NCBI GenBank assembly: GCA_963748215.1
Contig: CAVVHS010000007.1
Location: 288,001 to 352,000, forward strand
DNA: 64,000 nucleotides
Source: an uncultured Gammaproteobacteria bacterium
Lineage (GTDB): Bacteria; Pseudomonadota; Gammaproteobacteria; UBA9214
Direction of reading: 5' to 3'
Positions within the stretch are counted from its first letter, which is position 1. Every line of letters starts with the position of its first letter. Shown in pieces: positions 39,458 to 48,078 of the stretch. Under the pieces are notes generated by a model. That model saw only the letters and a list, made by a program, of their open reading frames with translations. It did no database searches and was not told the origin of the DNA. Position numbers and translations under genes: made by a program.

Positions 39458-40750
39458 TCAGATGCGGTTTTCCATCGGCACATATCCGGACAGCGTGTTA
39501 CCGGTATACACCTGGCGCGGCCGCGCGATACGCATTTTCGGGTCGCTGTTCTGCTCGTGCCAGTGCGCGACCCAGCCGGGCAGGCGGCCGATTGCGAACA
39601 GCACGGTGAACATGTTGGTCGGTATGCCGATGGCACGCAGGATGATGCCGCTGTAGAAATCGACATTGGGATACAGCTTGCGTTCCAGGAAGTAATCGTC
39701 GTTGAGCGCGATGTCTTCCAGGTTGCGCGCGATCTCCAGCAACGGATCGCTCACGCCGAGCTTGTTGAACAGCTGCTCGCTGACCTTGCGCAGCATGGTG
39801 GCGCGCGGATCGAAATTCTTGTAGATCCGGTGGCCGAAGCCCATCAGCCTCACGTCGCTCGACTTGTCCTTGGCGGCCGCGATGTATTCCGCGGCTGACT
39901 GCTTGCCGTGGTGTATGGATTCCAGCATCTCGATGACTTTCACGTTGGCGCCACCGTGCAGCGGACCCCACAGCGCGGACACGCCGGCGGCGCAGGATGC
40001 AAACAGGTTGGCGCGGCTCGAGCCGACCATGCGCACGGTCGAGGTGCTGCAATTCTGCTCGTGGTCGGCGTGCAGGATCAGTAACAGGTTCAGTGCGCTG
40101 CGCACTTCCGGTTCGGACATGTATTCCCTGTAGGGCTCCGAAAACATCATGTGCAGGAAGTTGGTGACGTAGGGCAGTTTCGGATCCGGGTAGATGTACG
40201 GCTTGCCGTGCGAGCGGCGATAGGTATAGGCGGCCAGCGTACGTATCTTGCTGATCAGTCGCGCGACGGCCTGCTCGAACTGGTCCGGTGTATGCAGGTC
40301 CAGCAGCTGCGGGTGGAAACACGACAGCGTGGAGATCATCGCCGACAGGATCGCCATCGGTGGCGCCGAGCGCGGGAAACCGGCGAAATGGTGCTTCATG
40401 TCCTCGTCGAGGTTGGCATTCTCGGTGAGCTGCCGGCTGAAACGCTCGTACTCGGACTGGTTCGGCAGGTGGCCGAAGATCAGCAGCCAGGCGACCTCGA
40501 CGAAATTCGGGTGTTCGGCGAATGCCTCCAGCGGGATGCCACGGTAGCGCAGGATACCCTTGTCACCGTCGATGAAGGTGATGTCGCTGGTGCAACTGGC
40601 GGTATTGCCGAAAGCCGGGTCATAGGCAGTGAGTCCGGCAGTGTTGCGCAGGCTGGTAATGTCGATGGCGCGATCGCCCTCGCTGCCTGTGATGACGGGC
40701 AGTTCATATGTCTTGCCTTCGAAGATCAGTTCGACCTTGTTACTGGACAT
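39458..40750 (-). CDS. gltA: Citrate synthase
   Basis: GILRYRG, HADHEQNCST, GPLHGGAN, LMGFGHRIYKNFDPRA, YPNVDFYSG. Confidence 0.97.
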   Translation of the reverse strand: MSSNKVELIFEGKTYELPVITGSEGDRAIDITSLRNTAGLTAYDPAFGNTASCTSDITFIDGDKGILRYRGIPLEAFAEHPNFVEVAWLLIFGHLPNQSEYERFSRQLTENANLDEDMKHHFAGFPRSAPPMAILSAMISTLSCFHPQLLDLHTPDQFEQAVARLISKIRTLAAYTYRRSHGKPYIYPDPKLPYVTNFLHMMFSEPYREYMSEPEVRSALNLLLILHADHEQNCSTSTVRMVGSSRANLFASCAAGVSALWGPLHGGANVKVIEMLESIHHGKQSAAEYIAAAKDKSSDVRLMGFGHRIYKNFDPRATMLRKVSEQLFNKLGVSDPLLEIARNLEDIALNDDYFLERKLYPNVDFYSGIILRAIGIPTNMFTVLFAIGRLPGWVAHWHEQNSDPKMRIARPRQVYTGNTLSGYVPMENRI

Positions 40751-40971
40751 GTGTTTCTCCGCTTGTTTCTATTCGGTGACAGCGATGCTGCAGGCTGTTC
40801 TGGTCGATGACCATACCCTTTTCCGGACTTGCAGGGAAGCTACGCGGACCGTCCCCGGGTGTTGACATTGTGCTGCAAACGCGGCTGTATTGGTACGCTC
40901 AGGCGTTGCGCCAATGCCGTTTTTCAGCGATCGAGCGGCGGTCCCGGGCAGGAATCCGTGCCGGCCAGCCG

Positions 40972-42090
40972 TCAGGTCGGCGCGTCGCGGGAAACGATAA
41001 GGGCCGTACGCAGGCGTTGCTGTCCGAAGATGGAAATCCGCGCAAAATCCTCGCGCGCGATAGGCAGGTACTGACAGTCGAGCGCGCCCTGGCTTATTTC
41101 TTCCGGATCGGGGTCATGTACGTACAGGCACTCGCTGTCGTGGCCGCTGACGGTGACCCAGTGTGGTGCCTTCTTGCCATCCAGCCGCCAGGTGCTGATC
41201 ATCACCAGCGGGATGGCGTTGTGATTGAGGGCATGGATGAGCCGTTCCTGCTTGATGTCGGAATAGTGGATCCTGATTCCCTTTGCCTTCGCCTGTTCGA
41301 GGTAGTCCTTGTGAACCAGCTCGATGACCCGTTTCTTGTTGGCATCGCGCACGCTGTCGACGAACAGGGTCTTGCGCGTATTGATCCAGACCTCGGCACT
41401 GAAGCCGCGCTGCCGTGCGGCCAGCGCCAGGCCGAGCGGGTGACAGCCGCCATGGCCGGAGGTCATGAAGATGGTGGTGGCCTCGCGCCAGATCTGCAGT
41501 TCCTCGTGATGCGACGGGACGTAGTCTTTCGACACGCCGCTCATGGCCATCATCAATGCCGCCGGTCCGCAGGTGAAGGGTGTGCTCTGGCGAATCCACG
41601 GCATCTCGATGTGGCGCTCGCGTACGCGGTACTGGTGAATGCGTTTTTGCATGCGAATGGCGTCACTGTGATCGTCGTAGTAGTCGCGGTAGACGCCGAA
41701 CGGCGTGTATCCCAGCGACTCGTACAGCCGGATCGCGCCGCGGTTTTCGGCGCCGACCTCCAGGCGCATGATGAAACGCCCGCTCTCGCTGGCGGCCTTT
41801 TCGCCGGCCTCGATCAGGCTGCGCGCAATGCCGCGACCGCGAAAGTTACGATCGGTGGCGATCGAGTACAGGCGTGCCAGGCGTGTGCCGGTGTGGTAGA
41901 TGACCAGGATGTAGCCGGCCAGGACGCCGTCGATGCTGGCGACCAGGAAGGCGCGGCTGGTGCTGGCGATCCAGTGCCGGAAGCTGCGCCGGCTGAGCCG
42001 GTCGGTGCTGAAGGCGGCTTCCTCCAGCGTCACCAGGGCATCCAGGTCGTCAGCCCTGACCACGCGCAGCCTGAACCCGTTATCCGTCAT
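40972..42090 (-). CDS. GNAT acetyltransferase fused to peptidase C39-like (DUF3335) domain
   Basis: RLYSIA....RGRGIA, YY.D..DAIRMQK; QSTPFTCGPA, WREATTIFMTSGHGGC, PHWV, HDP. Confidence 0.92.
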   Translation of the reverse strand: MTDNGFRLRVVRADDLDALVTLEEAAFSTDRLSRRSFRHWIASTSRAFLVASIDGVLAGYILVIYHTGTRLARLYSIATDRNFRGRGIARSLIEAGEKAASESGRFIMRLEVGAENRGAIRLYESLGYTPFGVYRDYYDDHSDAIRMQKRIHQYRVRERHIEMPWIRQSTPFTCGPAALMMAMSGVSKDYVPSHHEELQIWREATTIFMTSGHGGCHPLGLALAARQRGFSAEVWINTRKTLFVDSVRDANKKRVIELVHKDYLEQAKAKGIRIHYSDIKQERLIHALNHNAIPLVMISTWRLDGKKAPHWVTVSGHDSECLYVHDPDPEEISQGALDCQYLPIAREDFARISIFGQQRLRTALIVSRDAPT

Positions 42091-43187
42091 GCCAGCATTC
42101 CCTCCAGCGCCAGATCGATGACCTGGCGTGCCCGCGAGAGTACCTGCCTGCGCCAGTCCGGGTCGGCCGGGCAGAAGTGCGCGCGCAGCGCATCGACCAG
42201 TGCCAGGTAGTCCGGGTGCAGGGTGGGCTCGCTGCCATGCGCGGCGCGGAAGCGGTGATCGCGCAGCAGCACATCGAACAGCTCGCCGGTGGCCTGCGTG
42301 CCGAATTCCAGCGTGACGAAACAGCTACCCGGCTGCATTATCGCATGCCAGGCGTAATCGAGCAGGCCGAGTTTGGGTACCGAGCTGGATGTACCCAGCG
42401 CGGGCAGGGTGCATTCGTCGCCGTACCACGCGTGTGCGGTGTGTGCGCCATCGCTGTCCGGCTGGTTGTCGCAGATGATCTCGCCGTAGCCATACGGACC
42501 CAGCCCGGTGTGCACGTCGATGACGGCAAGGCGGCGTTCCAGGAGCCGGTACTCCGCCATGACGGCTTCGATGGTGCGACGCCCCTGCGCCGGCTGTATG
42601 CCGCCGTAGAACGGGCCGAGCGGGTCGCAGTACTGGCCGCCGCTGACCGCGATTTCGTACGCGGTCTGGCCATGCTCGCGGCGATACCTGTCCAGGGCGT
42701 GTTGCCGCCGGTTTCTGTCGTCGTCGAACAGGGCCGCGCGCAGCGCGCGGTAACCCGGGTTGTCCGGCAGCGGTTGAGTGAAGTCGATGAAGTTCCGGTT
42801 CAGGTCTATACCCTCGGCATCGCAGCGCCGGTGCCATGCATAGCCCCAGGGGTTGAGCGCATGGATGCACAGGATGGCGAGGTCGTCCGGGAGTTGTGCC
42901 GGCAGGCGGGCGAGCAGGTCACAGAGGACGGCCGTGCCGGCGAAACCTTCGATACCGTGCGTGCCGCCGATCACGACCAGCACCCGGCGCGCGGACGCAG
43001 TGCCCAGCCAGGCGCTGTGTGTTGCCAGCGCGGCCCCTTCGGGCGTGTGGCCGGGGACAGGCCAGCTACGCACGGTGGCAGACAACCCGCAGGTCGCGAG
43101 GTGTGTCTCCCACAGCCGGCATGCCTGCAGGTAGCTGTCCGGGAATACGGCCAGTGAAAACTCGGAAGTTGTGAAGGGTAATTGCAT
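42087..43187 (-). CDS. DUF2817 / M14-like metallopeptidase
   Basis: GTHGIEG, HALNPWG, DLNRNF, DVHTGLG, TLEFGT; ATGA overlap with the GNAT gene. Confidence 0.88.
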   Translation of the reverse strand: MQLPFTTSEFSLAVFPDSYLQACRLWETHLATCGLSATVRSWPVPGHTPEGAALATHSAWLGTASARRVLVVIGGTHGIEGFAGTAVLCDLLARLPAQLPDDLAILCIHALNPWGYAWHRRCDAEGIDLNRNFIDFTQPLPDNPGYRALRAALFDDDRNRRQHALDRYRREHGQTAYEIAVSGGQYCDPLGPFYGGIQPAQGRRTIEAVMAEYRLLERRLAVIDVHTGLGPYGYGEIICDNQPDSDGAHTAHAWYGDECTLPALGTSSSVPKLGLLDYAWHAIMQPGSCFVTLEFGTQATGELFDVLLRDHRFRAAHGSEPTLHPDYLALVDALRAHFCPADPDWRRQVLSRARQVIDLALEGMLA

Positions 43188-43342
43188 GTAGCGACATCGC
43201 AGCGGTAGGGCGCAGCATAGCCCCGGCGCCGGCGGTTGCAAGCTAAATATTTACACCGGCGCACAGAATCCGCTTGAAGCAATAAACTGATGTGCGCACA
43301 ATCAGGCTACCTTGCAACCCTGACGGAAATCTGCGGACCCGG

Positions 43343-44809
43343 ATGTCACAAACACTGATCGTGGTCGATGACCTGGAGGACTGGGCGCCTTTCTACCCCA
43401 GCGAGCAGGTCATGAGTTTCAAGGCCTACCTGGACGGCGGGCGTTTCGATAATCCCCAGCGCATACGCATCATTAACCTCTGCAAGGGTTACCGCTACCT
43501 CGCAGAGGGCTATTATTGCTCACTGCTGGCAGAGGCGCGCGGGCATCATGTCATCCCGTCGGTGCAGGTGATCAATGACCTGGGCAAGCGTGCCCTGTAC
43601 CAGTTACAGCTGGGTGAGTTGGCCGAGGCGCTGGAACGCAGCCTGGCCGATCATGACAGGAGCAAGCAGCTACGGGTCAGGAGCTATTTCGGCACCACGC
43701 CGGAGCCGGCCTATCGCGACCTGGTGCGCAAGCTGTTCGAACTGTTTCCCTGCCCGGTGCTGGAGGCCGAGCTGCAATACCGGCGGCAGTGGGAGGTGGT
43801 GTCGCTCAAGGCCCTGTCGGCACACGACCTGGACGATGCCGCGCAGACCGCATTTGCCGAGGCGCTAGACCATTACAGCCGCCAGGTCTGGCGCGGCGCG
43901 CGCAAGCGCAAGCGTTATCGCTACGACCTGGCCATTCTGGTCAACCCCGATGAGCAGATGCCGCCCAGCGACGGTGCGGCGCTGAAACGGTTCATCCGGG
44001 CCGGCCGTGAACTGGGTATCGATGTCGAGCTGATCAAGCAGCGCGATTACCCGCGGCTGACCGAATTCGACGCGCTGTTCATCCGCGAGACCACGGCGAT
44101 CGACCATCACACCTACCGCTTCGCGCGCAAGGCGGCGGCCGAAGGGCTGGTCGTCATCGACGACCCCGACTCCATCCTGCGCTGTACGAACAAGGTCTAC
44201 CTCGCCGACCTGTTCCATAACCGCAAGGTGCCGGCACCGCGCACCCGCATCCTGCACAAGGGCAGCCCCGGTCGGGTCGAAAAGCTGGAGGAGGAGTTCG
44301 GCTACCCGATCGTGCTGAAAATTCCGGACGGCTCGTTTTCACGTGGCGTGGTCAAGGTCGAGAATGCCACGGAACTGCAGGCCAGTCTCAAGGACCTTTT
44401 CAAAAAGTCGGCGCTGCTGCTGGCGCAGGAGTTTTTCTACACCGATTTCGACTGGCGCATCGGCATCCTGAACAACAAGCCGCTGTATGCCTGTCGCTAC
44501 TTCATGGTGAAGAAACACTGGCAGATCTACCGCCATGGCAATTCCCGCACTGCCAGCGGCGGCTTCGATACCCTGCCGACGTTCGAGGTGCCGCGTGACG
44601 TGCTGCGTTCGGCACTGGCCGCAACCCAGCCGATCGGTGACAGCCTGTATGGCGTCGACGTCAAGGAAAAGGACGGCAAGGGTTACGTCATCGAGGTGAA
44701 CGACAATCCGAATATCGACCGTGGCGTGGAGGACAAGTACCTGGGCGAGGAGCTGTATCGCCTGATCATGGGCGAGTTCCTGCGCCGCATCGAGGAGCGC
44801 GGTGTCTGA
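43343..44809 (+). CDS. RimK-family ATP-grasp ligase with N-terminal RLAN domain
   Basis: INLC..YRYL.EGYYCSLLAEARGH; FIRETT; PDGSFSRGV; YVIEVNDNPNID. Confidence 0.93.
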   Translation: MSQTLIVVDDLEDWAPFYPSEQVMSFKAYLDGGRFDNPQRIRIINLCKGYRYLAEGYYCSLLAEARGHHVIPSVQVINDLGKRALYQLQLGELAEALERSLADHDRSKQLRVRSYFGTTPEPAYRDLVRKLFELFPCPVLEAELQYRRQWEVVSLKALSAHDLDDAAQTAFAEALDHYSRQVWRGARKRKRYRYDLAILVNPDEQMPPSDGAALKRFIRAGRELGIDVELIKQRDYPRLTEFDALFIRETTAIDHHTYRFARKAAAEGLVVIDDPDSILRCTNKVYLADLFHNRKVPAPRTRILHKGSPGRVEKLEEEFGYPIVLKIPDGSFSRGVVKVENATELQASLKDLFKKSALLLAQEFFYTDFDWRIGILNNKPLYACRYFMVKKHWQIYRHGNSRTASGGFDTLPTFEVPRDVLRSALAATQPIGDSLYGVDVKEKDGKGYVIEVNDNPNIDRGVEDKYLGEELYRLIMGEFLRRIEERGV

Positions 44810-44814
44810 TTGAT

Positions 44815-45290
44815 AATGGCCACGGAATCCACGGAATAACACGGAAGAATGAAATCCGGGCGTAGGGTGCGTTTTACGCGCCGCCAACGGTGCACGGAGT
44901 GCACCCTACAAAAACATAATAGCCACGGAAGCACACGGAATTACACGGAAAAACAATGTCAGGCGTAGGGTGCGTTTTACGCACCGGCAAAGGTGCGCCG
45001 AGTGCACTGTATAAAAGTAGCCACGGAATCCACGGAAGAACACGGAAAGAATGTAGGGTGCACTCTGTGCACTATTGAGTGAGACGTGAAAGGTGAAACG
45101 TGTATTACGCGTGCGAAAGATAATGGCCACGGAATCCACGGAATTACACGGAAAAATGAAATCCGGGCGTAGGGTGCGTTTTACGCACCGCCCACTGAAA
45201 AAATGGCCACGGAAGCACACGGAAACACACTGAATGTTGTTGGTTTTTCCGTGTGCTTCCGTGTGGTTCCGTGTGGTTCAGTGGCTATTA
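44815..45290. repeat. Largest composite REP/CACGGAA/heptamer array
   Basis: Five GCCACGGAA tracts alternating with GTAGGGTGC REPs (44862, 44965, 45053, 45169); terminal hairpin 45203-45288. Confidence 0.92.
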
Positions 45291-45361
45291 CCTGTCCTGA
45301 AAGTGATCCAGATGCAGGTGGTACAGAAGGTAAGGCCAGAAATAACGGCTTGATCAGGCTC

Positions 45362-47165
45362 CTAGTGCTGTACATCGCGCGTCAGCATGTCGAGCGACAG
45401 CGGCGGAAAGTACATGCCGAGCGGCTTGCTTGCCCACCAGTTGCCGGTCGCGGCGCGTTCCTGCGGGGTGGTGAAACGATAATCCTCCAGGCGCGCGCGC
45501 ACCAGCCGCGGCGGCCGCTCCGGAAAGGGGTTGTATTCCAGCAATGCCGTTACCTGCGGCGAGCCTTCCAGCAGGCGCACCATGAAATCGGGAAACCAGA
45601 ACGTGGTGCGCGTGTTGGGCCGGTTGATGGCGGCGAACCACATCATCCAGTCGAGTCGCGGCTGGTGCGGGATGTTGAAGCGCGGACGCCGGGACAGGTC
45701 GCCGGGCTTGTAACGGAAGCCGTAGGCATGCCACTCGCGTCCGTCGTCGGACCCTTCGACGATGATCTCCGGACGTTTCGTCGTCATGTTGGGAAACACG
45801 TGGTAGTTGTTGACGATGTGCCAGTGCACCAGCAGGCGCACCACCGGCTCGTTGAAGGCGGGCAGTGGCCGACGGGTGAACGAGGACCACATCATGCTGA
45901 GGCTGGAGGACACGATCAGCACGGCCAGCAGCGCCGCAGTCGCGGTCGCGATCCGGCCGGGCCGCAGCGGCAGTTGCGGCAGGCGCAGGCCGCGCAGCGC
46001 CCGGTCATCGAACAGCAGCAGGCACAGCAGGATGGTGAGCAGGTTGAAGAAGTTGTGGTTGCTGCTCAGCATGATCAGCAACTGCATCAGGATGGTTACC
46101 CACGCCGCGAACAGGCGCGGCCTGCGCGGCAGGAACACCAGGAACGGCACCAGCAGTTCGGCGAAGAAGGTGAATCCGACCCCGGCGCGCAGCACCACCT
46201 CCGGCAGCTGGTGCGCGAACCACGCGCCGACGGTCGGCAGGGGCTGGGTCTCGAAGTAGTGTGTCAGCGCCGTGAAGCCGGCCCAGGATTCGTCGCCGCT
46301 GAGCAGCTTGTAGGCGCCTGACAGGAAGCGCAGCCGGAACAGCACCCAGTGCATCAGCCAGATAATCACGGCGGAACCCCAGGGCAGGAAGATGGCGAGG
46401 AAGCCGGTCTCCAGCAGCAGGAAGTCCCACTGGAAGGTCATGAACACCTGGCCGGCATAGACCAGCGACAGGTAGAGCAGGAACAGCAGCGGCAGCACCG
46501 TGCGCGTGAAGATGTTCAGCGTCAGCAGCAGGGCTGGCAATGGCGCCGGCGACACACACGGCCTGGATCGCGGTATCGCCGGCATCCAGCCAGAACAGGC
46601 TCGGATTCAGCCACCAGGGCCGCGTGCCATGCTGTGCGATCAGGGCCTGCAGTTCGTCCGTCAGCGGCAGGATGCCCTGGCTGCCGATCAATCCCAATGC
46701 CTGGACGCCGAACGAGACAAAGGCCGCGAGGTAGACCAGCCCCAGCAGGCGCAGGAACAGCCAGCTGACCGCGCGATAGTCGGAGGGATAGCGTTCGCGG
46801 CCCCACAGCAGGCGCGCCAGCCGGCCGGCGGCCACACGGTGCCGGGCCGTCAGCCGGTAGATTCCTTCCGCCAGCGGCGCGAACCCGGGCAACCACCGGC
46901 TGGCACGCAGCCAGCCGGGTCGGCCACCGGCGGCGAGCACGCGAAAGGCCGCCGCGGCACCGCTGTGGCGGCTGCCGTCGGGCGCCAGCAGCTGGATGCT
47001 GCGGACGAATTCCTCATGCGGGATCTGCGGGAATTCGGCTGCGGCCTGCTGGAAAGGGGCGTAGTCCACGGCGTCGCCGGTCAGGCGCTGCCAGTAACGC
47101 ACCTGGCCACTGCAGAAATCGCAATCGCCATCGTAAACCAGTAACGGCCGGTCGGAGTGGGGCAT
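45362..47165 (-). pseudogene. DCC1-like (DUF393) thiol-disulfide domain fused to lipase maturation factor family protein; +1 frameshift near 46532
   Basis: YDGDCDFC; LFLRLLGLVYLAAF; FQWDFLLLETGFL; HQPRLDWMMWFAA; split across ORFs 46005-47186 and 45362-46585 at GCC AGC C CTG CTG. Confidence 0.8.
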
Positions 47166-47316
47166 GGCGGCAGTATAGCCGTACACGGTGCACGGTTAAC
47201 TGATACGTGTCAGGTGGCGAACGGTTTGCCGGGGTTATCATGGCAGCAAGTCGGGCGGTTCAGCCGGTTTTTCGGATGCCGGAAAGTGGTTACCTGCAAA
47301 CGACACAAACAGCGGG

Positions 47317-48054
47317 GTGATGATGATGGTATTTCAACAACTGCTGGCGGGCCTGCTGTGTGCCGCCATGAGCGCCGGTCTGGCGGCAGCGCAGGACCGG
47401 AGTGCGGAACGCGATGCCATGGTCGAGCTGATCGACCAGAAGGTGGCGGAGACGGCGGAATTCATCGGCAAGCCACGGCTGGATGACGCCGTGCTGGAGG
47501 CCATGCGCACGGTGCCGCGCCATGCTTTCGTGCCGGAGGACGAACGCGCGCGCGCCTACGACAACCGGCCGCTGTCGATCGGCTATGGCCAGACCATTTC
47601 CCAGCCCTTCATCGTGGCGTTGATGACCGACCTGCTGGACGTCGGGCCCGATGCCACGGTGCTGGAAGTCGGTACCGGCTCGGGCTACCAGGCGGCCGTG
47701 CTGTCCGGCCTGGTGGCCAGCGTCTACACCATCGAGATCGTGCCGCAGCTGGGCGAGCGGGCGCGGGGCGTACTGCAACGGCTCGGCTATGACAACGTCG
47801 AGGTACGCATCGGCGACGGTTATTACGGCTGGGAGGAGCACGCGCCGTTCGATGCCATCATCGTCACGGCGGCGGCCAGTCATGTGCCGCCGCCGCTGGT
47901 CCGCCAGCTCAAACCCGGCGGGCGCATGATCATTCCGGTCGGTTCGCGGTTCATGGTGCAGGAACTGCTGCTGGTGGAAAAGACCGCGGCGGGCGAGGTA
48001 TCGACGCGGCAGGTCCTGCCGGTGGCGTTCGTGCCGCTGACCGGCGGTCACTGA
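47317..48054 (+). CDS. pcm: Protein-L-isoaspartate O-methyltransferase with N-terminal signal-like segment
   Basis: VPRH.FV, GQTISQPFIVALM, VLEVGTGSGYQAAVL, GDGYYGW, QLKPGGRM, FVPLT. Confidence 0.93.
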   Translation: MMMMVFQQLLAGLLCAAMSAGLAAAQDRSAERDAMVELIDQKVAETAEFIGKPRLDDAVLEAMRTVPRHAFVPEDERARAYDNRPLSIGYGQTISQPFIVALMTDLLDVGPDATVLEVGTGSGYQAAVLSGLVASVYTIEIVPQLGERARGVLQRLGYDNVEVRIGDGYYGWEEHAPFDAIIVTAAASHVPPPLVRQLKPGGRMIIPVGSRFMVQELLLVEKTAAGEVSTRQVLPVAFVPLTGGH

Positions 48055-48078
48055 GGCCGTGACGCGGCCGCGAAACCG

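Noticed and set aside
44815-45290. CRISPR or TIGR array
   Set aside because: Irregular period, intervening segments are themselves repeats rather than unique spacers, and no cas or Tas-like gene is nearby.
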